64,000 nt of DNA, from contig JBDGQO010000003.1 in assembly GCA_042219045.1 (NCBI GenBank), forward strand, positions 1 to 64,000. The letters are read 5' to 3'. Each line of letters begins with the position of its first letter. Positions within the stretch are counted from its first letter, which is position 1. A program made the translations under genes and the position numbers. This stretch comes from Candidatus Bipolaricaulia bacterium (GTDB taxonomy: Bacteria; Bipolaricaulota; Bipolaricaulia; RBG-16-55-9). Under the pieces are notes generated by a model that was not told the origin of the DNA, did no database searches, and saw nothing but the letters and a program-made list of their open reading frames with translations. Positions 39,342-48,836 of the stretch are shown here, piece after piece.

Positions 39342-41194
39342 TGACGTCTCCTTCCGAGGATATCAGTCCAGCGGGGACGATCATAGATCCATAGCTCGGC
39401 AACGAGCAGGCCGAGTCCGATCGCCAAGGCCCAAGGCCACAACGGCCGTCTCGACTCCACGGCACGATCATCGGCAGTCGAGGACGGTCTCGAGGCGCCT
39501 GGCGTCGAGGCCGTGTTGTCGGTGGCCCTGCTCAACTTGGATTCGGACGCCGGCACGTTGGCCGCGAAGTCATACGTGGTTGAGCCCTGTGTGACCTGAT
39601 AGATGCCGGGTTCGTCAAGGCGCCCGCATGCGGCATCGCTCTGCCCCAGGCGACACGAGCGGCCGTCGGGATCCGTAATCTGGGCGCCGTCCTCCAGGCG
39701 ACCGAGCGGGAGTTCCTCCCCAACGGTGAACGTGGTCGTGCGGTCGACACGCGGCGCGAGCCACTCCATCAAGCGCGACAGGAGGATGGGAAAGTCGACG
39801 GAGAGCCCCAGGTTGGATTGGCTCAGGTCGACGCCGACGTAGGCCAGCCGCACCCCGCCGCTGGCCACCAAATAGAGCACCGGGGTTCCGTCAGCCGACA
39901 AGAGCACCTCGCCGTCGGAGGCGACCTCTACCGCCGGCACCTCGCCCAAGCGCCAATCGCTCGGGTCAATCCCCTCCAACGTCGGGTGATCGCGCTCGAT
40001 GACGACCTTGCCGCCGGAGGTGCCCTGCGTCGCCTCGATCCACGGCGGCATGGCGCTGCCCACGAGCAGATAGCGACCGGGCTGGGAGGGCTCGATCGTC
40101 GTGTTGTGGGCGAGCGTCAAGTCGGGGGCGCTTTCGGGCGACGACGACGTCGCCGTCTCGCCTTGGCGGATCACTTCGGCATGCCCGGCGCGCTCAAAGA
40201 AGCGGCTCAAATAGAAGCTGTCCTCGCCGACCCATCGGATCCGCCATGGGCGCTGCTGCGGCAGCGTCGCGTAGCGGGCGTTGTCGTCAGGGCGCGCATC
40301 CGGAGCACCGCCCGGATTGATCTCGGCAACAAATGGACCCGCCGGTACGTCCGGACGACTGACGTCCAGCTCGGCCGTGTCCCTCGCCGGCACGTCGATC
40401 GTCCGCTCTGTCACCGTCGCCTCGGACGAGCGAATCTCGATCGGCAGCGATCTTTTGGTGTCGGTGCCGTTCCAAACCTTGAGCACAAAGGCGACGCCTT
40501 GACCGTTCGGCTGCGACCGGGCCTTGAACGAGGTCACCGCGACGTTTGCCGTCTCGTCGTCCGACCCGATCACGTCGGTTTGCCAGCCGAGGGCTGCCAC
40601 CTGGGCCGACGGCGGCTTGTCGGTCACATAGACCACGCGATCGACGCCGTTCGGGAACTGGCTCTCCACCAAGCGCAGCAGGGCCGCCGGATCCGCGTCG
40701 TTCTGATAGCTCGGCTCAAAGCCGTCAAGGACGCGCCGAATGGTGCCATGACCCGTCGTCGGCGCGACCAACAGCTCGCTGTTGCGCTGGGCTTGGAACA
40801 GGGCCACGTTAGCCGCCGAGTGATTCGACAGCACATCTCGGGCCCTTGCGATGGCCGCTTCGTAGCGTTGCTCGCCGTCGGGCGACATCTCGGCGCGCAT
40901 GCTGGCGCTGCCGTCCAGGACAATCGCCAATGTCTGCGCGCTGCCCGCTGTCGTGGTCATGACGGGCTGAGCGAGCGCCAGCACGACGGCGATGAGCGCG
41001 AGCAGTTGGAGGATCAGCCCGAGCAGGGGCATCCGGTTGAAGCGCAGCGCGCTGCGCGGCTGGCGCTCCACGCCGCGCCAGAACAACAGCGACGACACGT
41101 AGCGCGGCTCCGCCTGGCGCTTGAGAAAATAGATCGCGCCGACGAGGCCGCCAAGGCCCAACAGCCACAGCGCGCCGCTCGCCAGCAGCGTCAT
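39338..41194 (-). CDS. BatA + VWA domain membrane protein
   Basis: IYFLKR.....VSSLLFW...LLGLILQLLAL...LALAQP (BatA), MIDAS DGSASM, DDN.RY, C-terminal ELW. Confidence 0.85.
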   Translation of the reverse strand: MTLLASGALWLLGLGGLVGAIYFLKRQAEPRYVSSLLFWRGVERQPRSALRFNRMPLLGLILQLLALIAVVLALAQPVMTTTAGSAQTLAIVLDGSASMRAEMSPDGEQRYEAAIARARDVLSNHSAANVALFQAQRNSELLVAPTTGHGTIRRVLDGFEPSYQNDADPAALLRLVESQFPNGVDRVVYVTDKPPSAQVAALGWQTDVIGSDDETANVAVTSFKARSQPNGQGVAFVLKVWNGTDTKRSLPIEIRSSEATVTERTIDVPARDTAELDVSRPDVPAGPFVAEINPGGAPDARPDDNARYATLPQQRPWRIRWVGEDSFYLSRFFERAGHAEVIRQGETATSSSPESAPDLTLAHNTTIEPSQPGRYLLVGSAMPPWIEATQGTSGGKVVIERDHPTLEGIDPSDWRLGEVPAVEVASDGEVLLSADGTPVLYLVASGGVRLAYVGVDLSQSNLGLSVDFPILLSRLMEWLAPRVDRTTTFTVGEELPLGRLEDGAQITDPDGRSCRLGQSDAACGRLDEPGIYQVTQGSTTYDFAANVPASESKLSRATDNTASTPGASRPSSTADDRAVESRRPLWPWALAIGLGLLVAELWIYDRPRWTDILGRRRQ

Positions 41195-42063
41195 TGCACG
41201 ACCGCCCCTTCCTGCAAGGCGTCCGTGACCATCTCATCCAACGGGGTCGCGGCCGACAGGCGCAGGTAGCGCATGCCTCGTGCCTCACAGAACCTTTCCA
41301 GGTCGTCCTGGAACTGGCGCACGCGCTGCTGATACGCCTGTCGCGCCGACTCGTCGACGTACATGGGCAGCTCGGTGTTGCGTTCAATGTCCTGGAGCCG
41401 CAGCTCGCCCGTGACGTCAGGCTCCAGCTCTTGGGGCGCCAACAGGTGCAGCACGATCACCTCGTAGCCGTGGTAACGCAGCCGGGCCAGCCCGTCCTCG
41501 TAGCCGCCCTCGCTCAGCATGTCACTGATGACGACGGCCACGCCGCTTTCCCGGCGGACACGCGTAAAGTGCGCCAAGGACGCGTCGAATGAGGTCTCGC
41601 CGGCGGGTTCGACCGATTGGAGAAATTGGAAAATTTGGAAAATCTGGCCGTGTCCGCCGCGCGGCGGCACGCCCTGGGTCAGCGAGCTGGCGAAGGGGAA
41701 GATCCCGACGCGGTTGAGCTCCTTAAGGCTCAGATACGCCAACGCGCCCGCCAGCTGCGCGGCCGCACTCGACTTGCCGCCGATGCCCATGGATCGGCTC
41801 GTGTCGAGAAAGACGTAGATCGGCACGTCCTCCTCGCGCGAGAAGACCTTGATGAAGAGCTTGCCGAGCCGCCCGTAAAGATTCCAATCGACGTAGCGCA
41901 GGTCGTCGCCCGGGTAATATTCCTTGTACTCGGCAAACTCCAGGCTCATGCCCGCCCGCGAGGTCAGGCGGCGTCCGCTCAGGGTCCCGCGGAATCGGCC
42001 GCGAATCACGAGCTCCAACCGCTCCAGGGTGTTCAAAAAATCCGGGTCCAGCAGCAAGGCCAT
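41191..42063 (-). CDS. DUF58 domain protein (MoxR-associated)
   Basis: G.SLEFAEYKEYYPGDDLRYVDWN.YGR, LDTSRSM, VISD. Confidence 0.93.
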   Translation of the reverse strand: MALLLDPDFLNTLERLELVIRGRFRGTLSGRRLTSRAGMSLEFAEYKEYYPGDDLRYVDWNLYGRLGKLFIKVFSREEDVPIYVFLDTSRSMGIGGKSSAAAQLAGALAYLSLKELNRVGIFPFASSLTQGVPPRGGHGQIFQIFQFLQSVEPAGETSFDASLAHFTRVRRESGVAVVISDMLSEGGYEDGLARLRYHGYEVIVLHLLAPQELEPDVTGELRLQDIERNTELPMYVDESARQAYQQRVRQFQDDLERFCEARGMRYLRLSAATPLDEMVTDALQEGAVVQ

Positions 42064-42066
42064 GCG

Positions 42067-43083
42067 CTACTCCTCGGGAATCGCGTCGCGCACTTGGTGC
42101 AGGATCGAGTCCACCATCACGCCTTCGGCCTCGCCACGGAAATTGCGGATGATGCGATGGCGCAACGCCGGCTCGACGACGGCGTTGATGTCCCGCAACC
42201 GCGTGTTCGGCTCGCCGTCGAGGAACGCGTTCGCCTTGGCGCCCCACAACAGCGCAATGGCGGCCCGCGGGCTGGCGCCGTACGACACGTAGTCTCGGAC
42301 CGTCTGTGGCGCCTCCTCGGCCTGTGGGTGCGTGGCGTTGATCAGGCGCGTGATGTAGCGCCGCAAGGGCGCGGCGACCGGCATATCCGCGACGAGGCGC
42401 CGGGCCTCTCGGATCGCGTCCTGGTCGACCATCTGCTCCAGGGAACGGGTCCCTTCCCGACTCGTGAGGTGGCGCTCCAGGATCTCATCCAGCTCGTCCA
42501 GGTTGGGGTAGTCGAGCACGAGCTTGAAGAAGAAGCGGTCGATCTGGGCCTCGGGGAGCGGGTACGTCCCTTCCATCTCGATGGGGTTCTGCGTGGCGAG
42601 CACGATGAACGGCTCGTCCAGTTGATACGTCTCGCCGCCGACGGTGACGCCGCGCTCCTGCATGGCCTCCAAGAGCGCGGACTGCGTCTTCGGCGTCGCC
42701 CGGTTGATCTCGTCGGCAAGCACGATGTTGGCGAAGATCGGCCCCGCGGAGAACCGGAAGTAGCGATGCCCGTGCTCGTCCTCGCTGATGATGTTGGTGC
42801 CCAGGATATCGGCCGGCATCAGATCCGGGGTGAACTGGATCCGCGAGAAGTCGAGCCCGAGGATGGTCCCGAGCGATTTGACGAGCATCGTCTTGCCCAG
42901 GCCAGGGACGCCTTCGAGCAGCACGTGGCCATTGCAGATGAGCGCGATCAGCGTGCCCCGGATCGCTTCACGATGGCCGACGATGACGGATTCGAGGCCC
43001 TCGCGCAGCTGTCCGAACGTCTCGGCGCCACTGTCGAGGCGCTGGTCCAATGGCTGGGCACGGCTGGATGGGTTGGGGGCCAT
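42067..43083 (-). CDS. moxR: MoxR-family AAA+ ATPase
   Basis: GHVLLEGVPGLGKT, RIQFTPDLMPADI, DEINRATPKTQSALLEAMQE, ATQNPIEMEGTYPLPEAQIDRF, GASPRA. Confidence 0.95.
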   Translation of the reverse strand: MAPNPSSRAQPLDQRLDSGAETFGQLREGLESVIVGHREAIRGTLIALICNGHVLLEGVPGLGKTMLVKSLGTILGLDFSRIQFTPDLMPADILGTNIISEDEHGHRYFRFSAGPIFANIVLADEINRATPKTQSALLEAMQERGVTVGGETYQLDEPFIVLATQNPIEMEGTYPLPEAQIDRFFFKLVLDYPNLDELDEILERHLTSREGTRSLEQMVDQDAIREARRLVADMPVAAPLRRYITRLINATHPQAEEAPQTVRDYVSYGASPRAAIALLWGAKANAFLDGEPNTRLRDINAVVEPALRHRIIRNFRGEAEGVMVDSILHQVRDAIPEE

Positions 43084-43087
43084 GTCG

Positions 43088-44974
43088 TCACTCTCCCTCT
43101 GCCAATGACAGGAAGTAGGACCGCACGAGGTCACGGACCTCGGGCGGCAGATCTCGTGAGCGCAAGAGCGTCTCGACGCGATCGGGATTCAGCTCCAGCT
43201 GCTGCGAACCGTCAGCGGATGGGCTGCCGCTGACGTCGAAGGGAACGCCACGCGTCATCATGGATTTCAGGGTCTCCATGTCCTGCGGAAGGTTGGGGGA
43301 CTGGATGCGCAAGTCGTTGGCGGGCTCGTTGTCGGTCGACCCCGACGATCCCTTTTGGTTATCGCCAGAGCCCGAGCCTGGGGCGGATCCGCCGGACTGG
43401 CCGGAGCCATTCTGTTGGCTCTGCGATTGCCCCTTGGTATTCTGGCCGTTGCCCCCTTCGATGTCCCCGTTCCCCGAGGTCGAACTCTTGGACGATTCCG
43501 ACGATTCGGACGAATTGCCGCCTCCCTCCGACTGGCCTTCGGACTGGCCCGTACTGGACGAGTTGCCTTGCTGGCTGCTTGAGGAAGCTTGTTGGCCGTT
43601 CTCGCCTTGGCTGGATTCGGCCTGGGCCTGCTGTCCCTGTTGTGAGCCGGCCTGCTCGCCGGACTGGGACGACTCGTTCTGTGACCCGTTCTGTTGGGAC
43701 GATCCCGACTCGCCGCTCTCGCCCTCGTTCGGGCCGGACCCGCTCTCGGAGCGTTGCGATCCGTCCGCCTCTTGCGAGCGGGGTTGGCCCTCGTTTTCCT
43801 GCTGGCTCGCTTGCGGGTCTTGGCTCTGCGTGGGCTCTTGAGAGGCGGGCTGTTGGCCCCCGGCTTGCCCCTGTCTCGACCCGTCCGCATTGCCGCTGGA
43901 ACGACGACGTCGCTCGTTCGAACCGGACGAATTGTCACGCCCGTTGGCGCCTTGTTGGGCCCGTTGCCGTCGGCGATCCAGCTCGTCCATGGCATCCTGC
44001 ATCCGCTGTTGCATCTCCTTTTGGCTGTCCGACTGCGCGGCCTGCTCCAGGAGTTCCTCCGTCGAGGGCGACCGTGCCTCCTGCGCAAGCTGGTCCAGTC
44101 GGCGTTGGGCGGTCTCCATGGACAGGTTGCCCGTGGCCATGCGCTGTTGGATGCTTCGGAGCTCGCGCCGGAGTTTCGCCACGCTCGTGCGTTCATTTTC
44201 CATCGTGTTGCCCGACGAGGCCTGCGACTTCCCTGACGGGCTGCCCTCGCCTGAGGATGCATTGGCACAGTCACTTCGGGCATCGCGGCTCAACTTCTCT
44301 GTAGGGGCCCCGCCATCGCCGTCGCACGGCGAGCCGGTTTGCGGCTCGGAGGTGTCGGCAGCGTCCGAGCTATTGGCCGACGATTCCCGCTGCGGGTTGC
44401 CGGCGTCCGGCCCACTGCTCTGGGATGACACGATCGGTTGATCTCCGCCTGTTCCCGAAGCCAGTAGCGACGACATCGACAACGGGGGGACGCCGACGAC
44501 CCACAGCGCCAACAATGCCGCGGAGGCCACCGTGATGCCGCTGAACGCGGCCCAGCCACGGCGCTGACGTCGGCTGGGCTGGAGCGCTCGTTTCGCATGG
44601 AGGTCCGTGTGGCTGATTCGCTCGTAGAGCAAACGCAAATAGGGGTTGCGATCGTCGCGCTGGCGGATCTCGTGGATCGTGGCCAATTTTTCGCCGAGAT
44701 CGTAGCTTCGGTCGAGTCGATACAGGTCCTGTTGCAGCCGGATCGGGCGCCGACGACCCGCGAGGCTCCCGATCCATAGCCCGGCTCCGTTGGCGACGAT
44801 CAACAACCACCACGGCTGAATCAGCGACATCAAGCCGAAAAAGACGCCGATCAAGTGGGCCAAGGTCAGCGACATGGTGATCAGGCCGCCGACTTGCGCC
44901 CCCGCCCAAGCGTTGAGCTGTTGACGCCGTTCGGTCACGTTCTTTTCCACGATCTTGAAGCTACGATCGTTCAT
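43088..44974 (-). CDS. Hypothetical membrane protein with a coiled coil and a long Ser/Gln/Gly/Glu-rich region
   Basis: Three N-terminal hydrophobic segments, LDRSYDLGEKLAT, low-complexity tract and conserved-looking tail LPPEVRDLVRSYF; tightly packed in the moxR operon. Confidence 0.75.
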   Translation of the reverse strand: MNDRSFKIVEKNVTERRQQLNAWAGAQVGGLITMSLTLAHLIGVFFGLMSLIQPWWLLIVANGAGLWIGSLAGRRRPIRLQQDLYRLDRSYDLGEKLATIHEIRQRDDRNPYLRLLYERISHTDLHAKRALQPSRRQRRGWAAFSGITVASAALLALWVVGVPPLSMSSLLASGTGGDQPIVSSQSSGPDAGNPQRESSANSSDAADTSEPQTGSPCDGDGGAPTEKLSRDARSDCANASSGEGSPSGKSQASSGNTMENERTSVAKLRRELRSIQQRMATGNLSMETAQRRLDQLAQEARSPSTEELLEQAAQSDSQKEMQQRMQDAMDELDRRRQRAQQGANGRDNSSGSNERRRRSSGNADGSRQGQAGGQQPASQEPTQSQDPQASQQENEGQPRSQEADGSQRSESGSGPNEGESGESGSSQQNGSQNESSQSGEQAGSQQGQQAQAESSQGENGQQASSSSQQGNSSSTGQSEGQSEGGGNSSESSESSKSSTSGNGDIEGGNGQNTKGQSQSQQNGSGQSGGSAPGSGSGDNQKGSSGSTDNEPANDLRIQSPNLPQDMETLKSMMTRGVPFDVSGSPSADGSQQLELNPDRVETLLRSRDLPPEVRDLVRSYFLSLAEGE

Positions 44975-45683
44975 AGGCCCTCCTAACGGAAATCATCAGT
45001 GCGAGGCCGAGCGCGATCCAGATGATCGCGCCTTGCAAGAGCGCCCCCCACGCGTCAACACCTTGCGTCATGAGCCCGTCCAGCGTCCGAAACGGACCAA
45101 TGATGCCGACAATCGGTAGCTGTTGCCCGACGCCGGTCAGGACGAGATAGGCGAAAAATCCCCCGTACTTGACGTTGAACTGCACGATATCCGACCAAGG
45201 CGCCAGTTCGAGGCGCCAACCGGCCAGGCCGAGCATCAGGCCCCAGAGGCCCAAATGCACGAGCACAAGCGTCAACGCGGTCCACGATCGCACGTGGGCC
45301 ATCATATAGGCGACCCAGGACGGCAGCGCCAGCGCCAGCGCAAAGCCCACGCGCACTGTCAGGTGTCCAAGCTGACCCCCAAGACTGAGTCGCGACTGCC
45401 AGCGGCGCTCGGCTTGGCCCATGGTTAGGGTCAACACCCCGAAGAGCAGGCAGAACAGCACGGTGTAGATCGCCAACGCTCCGCCGGCTGAATCCGAAGC
45501 AATATTGCCGATACGCTGTTCCACAGGTAGGGCGAACAGCGCCACGATGCCGGTGAAAAGGATGTATGTGATCGTCGCCGACCACGTGGCCCGTTCGATC
45601 AAATAATCGGGCTGAAGCCGGGGCATCCCCGCCTGCAACAGCCTCGCCACGCGGCCGCGATTCGGCGTCGCCTCGTCGGTCAT
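44961..45683 (-). CDS. Hypothetical polytopic membrane protein (ABC-2 permease-like)
   Basis: About 6 hydrophobic helices; abuts its neighbours on both sides. Confidence 0.65.
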   Translation of the reverse strand: MTDEATPNRGRVARLLQAGMPRLQPDYLIERATWSATITYILFTGIVALFALPVEQRIGNIASDSAGGALAIYTVLFCLLFGVLTLTMGQAERRWQSRLSLGGQLGHLTVRVGFALALALPSWVAYMMAHVRSWTALTLVLVHLGLWGLMLGLAGWRLELAPWSDIVQFNVKYGGFFAYLVLTGVGQQLPIVGIIGPFRTLDGLMTQGVDAWGALLQGAIIWIALGLALMISVRRAYERS

Positions 45684-45684
45684 G

Positions 45685-47598
45685 TTACCAGGGCGTCACC
45701 ACCAAGAGTCGCCATGTCTCGCGATATTCCATCGGTTGAACGGCAAAGCTGGGTTCCCGGACCCACGCCAGCAGCGCCCACGGGTCGCCCCGCTCGTGCA
45801 GTCGGCTATCGACGGCATCCAGGATCGTCCGCTTGGCTTCGAAGTCGAATTCGCCAGGGTTGCCGCCGCTGGCGTCCCACGGCTTTCCCATAATCTCCGC
45901 GTCGTCCAGATCGACCTTGGCCGACGCGTCGGGGGCAATCGACGTCGTTGATCCCGCGTTGTAGTCGCCTTGGTGCCATACGAGCGGCTCCCGAAGCCGG
46001 GATTCGCTCTCATTGTAGATGCGAAGTCGCTCGGGTTCGACAGTCGAATCCCCAACCGGCTCCACCCGAACGTCCAGGCGACGGACCCGTTCGATGGCCA
46101 CGTCGTAGATCTGCCGAGGCGGAAGCGTGCCCGAACGGGGTTCAACAACGGTTCCTGCGTTTCTGAGCGCCACGTCAGTCCGTTGCAACGGGGTTACGGC
46201 CGCGCCGGTCGGCAACCTCCAACGGGGCGAAAGGCGGCGTTTCGCCAGGGCGCTGTGGCCGGTCGCCTCATGCACGAGGCCCGATCTCGCACTGCCCCAC
46301 ATGATGCCGGCTTCGAGGGTCTGGACTCGTTCGGTGAAGGCGGGCTGACCGCTGTAGCCGACCACAAACGCCGTCGCCAGAACGATCCAGACCACCATGC
46401 CCATCCACAGACGATTCCCTTCTGTCGCGGAAGGCACGTGATCGTCTGCGGACGTCGTTGAGCCAACGGGCGGTCCGCCGCTGCTCCACGGCGTGCGTCG
46501 CAGGGCCCAGAGCATGAGCAGACCGATGCCGAACACGTAGGCCGTGAACGCACCCGCAACGACGACCTTATCGGGATAGTACAACGGCATGCGACGGAAC
46601 AGTTCAGCGCCTAACTCGAACGAGCCATCCAGTTCCGTTTGCCTGGGTGCCAGCCGAGACCAGATCTCCGACTGAGCAGGGCCGGCCTCAGTGAGCGATA
46701 GCGCGGAGAATGACACTTCGCCGCGGCCGACGTGCCAGCGCGTCAACAGCGGATGCCCGTCGTCGGCATAGACAACTTGGCCTCTGGCTTCGCCTTGGGC
46801 CGTGCGGGCACCGAACGTCTCCAGCGACGCCACCGATTCGACGCGGAACGGAATCAGCTCGTTCAGCCAGTCCGCATCCTGGCGATAGGCGTTGCCGCCC
46901 GAGAGGACGATAAGCTCGCCGCCACTGACCACCCATTGGCGAATCGCGGCCTGCTGATTCTCGGAGAGCCGGGTCACGTTTAGCCGACCCACGTAAAGCC
47001 GCTTGACGCCGCCGTAGGCACGCCAGTCTTGGGGAAGATCGGTGGCGTTGAGTTGGATCGTGATCTCGCCGGTGGGAAGTTCTTGGAGGTAGCCCGTATC
47101 GCTTGCCATCAGGACCAGCCCGCGGCGGCGTCGATTTTCGAGGGCCAGTTCGCGGCGGGCGAGTGCCTGTCCGTTCGAGCGGAGTTCAACAGCCAACTCC
47201 GGAGATTCGCCACCGGGGGGCGGGTCGCCGTACAGCGGAAGATAGAATGTGTAGCGGACCTGTGCCTTCGGCCCGAGCGTTACGGAGCGCGTTGCTTCGA
47301 TCGTGCGCGGCTCTTTCGTCGACGGACGCCACAGCGGACGCCACGTCTGACGCACGATCAGCTCTCCATCGATGGGCACGCCCTCGTGGTCGATCTCAAT
47401 AGTGACCGGAGTGGTCTCACCGGGAGTGAAGACGCCCTTGAAGCCGACGCTGACGTCAAGCGAGGGTGCCGATTGGGCCATGACGGTTGACCCGGAAGCG
47501 ACGGCGATCACGATCCCGAGTAGCACGACGATGGAGCATGCCACCCTTCGGCATTGTCGTTGAGCCCGTCGCCATGTTGAGCCGTCGGCCACGCTCAT
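45685..47598 (-). CDS. Hypothetical exported/membrane protein with a GATase1-like domain, first gene of the moxR locus
   Basis: Signal peptide; VGFKG.F.PGETTPV; LP.DW.AY.GV..L...Q.AAIRQWV.SGG.LIV; VGRG.V; two internal TMs; GAGGAGG SD. Confidence 0.72.
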   Translation of the reverse strand: MSVADGSTWRRAQRQCRRVACSIVVLLGIVIAVASGSTVMAQSAPSLDVSVGFKGVFTPGETTPVTIEIDHEGVPIDGELIVRQTWRPLWRPSTKEPRTIEATRSVTLGPKAQVRYTFYLPLYGDPPPGGESPELAVELRSNGQALARRELALENRRRRGLVLMASDTGYLQELPTGEITIQLNATDLPQDWRAYGGVKRLYVGRLNVTRLSENQQAAIRQWVVSGGELIVLSGGNAYRQDADWLNELIPFRVESVASLETFGARTAQGEARGQVVYADDGHPLLTRWHVGRGEVSFSALSLTEAGPAQSEIWSRLAPRQTELDGSFELGAELFRRMPLYYPDKVVVAGAFTAYVFGIGLLMLWALRRTPWSSGGPPVGSTTSADDHVPSATEGNRLWMGMVVWIVLATAFVVGYSGQPAFTERVQTLEAGIMWGSARSGLVHEATGHSALAKRRLSPRWRLPTGAAVTPLQRTDVALRNAGTVVEPRSGTLPPRQIYDVAIERVRRLDVRVEPVGDSTVEPERLRIYNESESRLREPLVWHQGDYNAGSTTSIAPDASAKVDLDDAEIMGKPWDASGGNPGEFDFEAKRTILDAVDSRLHERGDPWALLAWVREPSFAVQPMEYRETWRLLVVTPW

Positions 47599-47798
47599 CG
47601 GTCCTCCTCATCCGGATCGGAACGGGTGAAAGGTTAGATTAAGGCTCGATTCGCTAAGCGTCAAATGCGTTACGGGATCCGTCGTCCCGTTGCAGACGGG
47701 CGGCTCCAAGTAGCTCTGGCCAAATCCGTTCCCGCGCTGCTCCGTTGTCGCAGTCCGATTGACAGGTGGTGCCCCTGATCCCGTATGCTGGATCTCCC

Positions 47799-48830
47799 AT
47801 GAACGGCGATATCGTGGAGATCGACGGGTCGAGCGGGGGCGGGTCCGTCGTCCGGTTGGGCGTCGGCTTGGCCGCCGCTCGGGGCCAACCGATTCGGATC
47901 GTCAACATCCGGGGGGCTCGCAAGAACCCGGGCCTCAAAGCCCAACACCTGGCCGGCGTCCGTGCCGTGGCCGATCTGTGCAACGCCGAACTCACCGGGG
48001 CTGAACTCCACTCGCGCGAGCTGACGTTCGTCCCTGGCACCGACTGGGCGTCACGCGTCGATCTGTCCATTCCGACCTCCGGCTCGGTCGGCCTGGCGCT
48101 TCAGCCCCTCCAAATCGCCATGCTTAGGGCGGATCGCGATGTGACGGTCCGCGTGGATGGCGGCGGGACCGTGACCAAATGGGCACCGCCGCTGCCGTAT
48201 CTGGTCCATGTCACCCAACGCATGCTGGCCGAGTGGGGCCAACCGGTCGAGATTTGGACCGAGCGGCACGGCTTCTTTCCCAAGGGCGGGGCCCGTGTCC
48301 AGGCCCGAGTTCCTCCTCCAACGACGGATCGCGGGCTGGAGTTGCTCGATCGAGGCGGCCTCACGCGGATTGAGGGCCGGTCGCTGGCGAGCGAGGCGTT
48401 GCGCGAGCGCGAGGTGGCCGAGCGCCAGGCGCAAGCCGCTGAGAGCGAACTCCGTGAGATGTTTTCGGATGTGCCCGTCCATGTTGAGCCGTCCTACGTT
48501 GACACGGCCTCCATCGGGACGGGCGTCGTGTTGTGGGCGGTGTTTGAGCGAGCGATGCTCGGTGCCGATGCCCTCGGCAAAAAGGGCAAACTGGCCGAAC
48601 ACGTCGGCGGTGAAGCGGCTCGCGCCCTGATCGAGGAGGTGAACGCCGACGCGACGGTCGACGTCCACCTGGCCGATCAGCTCATTCCGTATTTGGCGCT
48701 TTATGGCGGGGCGCTCCGCAGTCGAATGTGGACGGACCATATTGGCATCGCCACGGACGTCGTCCGGCAGATGACAGGCGCTACACCCTCCGTCTCCGCC
48801 GAGAACGGACTACATCGAATTTCGTATTAG
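47799..48830 (+). CDS. rtcA: RNA 3'-terminal phosphate cyclase
   Basis: IDGS.GGG..R, NIRGARKNPGLKAQHL, GGT...WAP, GFFPKGG, adenylylated-His motif VDVHLADQLIPY. Confidence 0.9.
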   Translation: MNGDIVEIDGSSGGGSVVRLGVGLAAARGQPIRIVNIRGARKNPGLKAQHLAGVRAVADLCNAELTGAELHSRELTFVPGTDWASRVDLSIPTSGSVGLALQPLQIAMLRADRDVTVRVDGGGTVTKWAPPLPYLVHVTQRMLAEWGQPVEIWTERHGFFPKGGARVQARVPPPTTDRGLELLDRGGLTRIEGRSLASEALREREVAERQAQAAESELREMFSDVPVHVEPSYVDTASIGTGVVLWAVFERAMLGADALGKKGKLAEHVGGEAARALIEEVNADATVDVHLADQLIPYLALYGGALRSRMWTDHIGIATDVVRQMTGATPSVSAENGLHRISY

Positions 48831-48836
48831 CGCGAA

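Noticed and set aside
41617..43233. Long alternative ORFs (e.g. 41617-43233 +, 39818-41269 +, 28858-30216 -, 27236-28534 -, 34874-36094, 49814-51001 +)
   Set aside because: Antisense or off-frame shadows of well-supported genes, expected in high-GC DNA; no recognisable motifs
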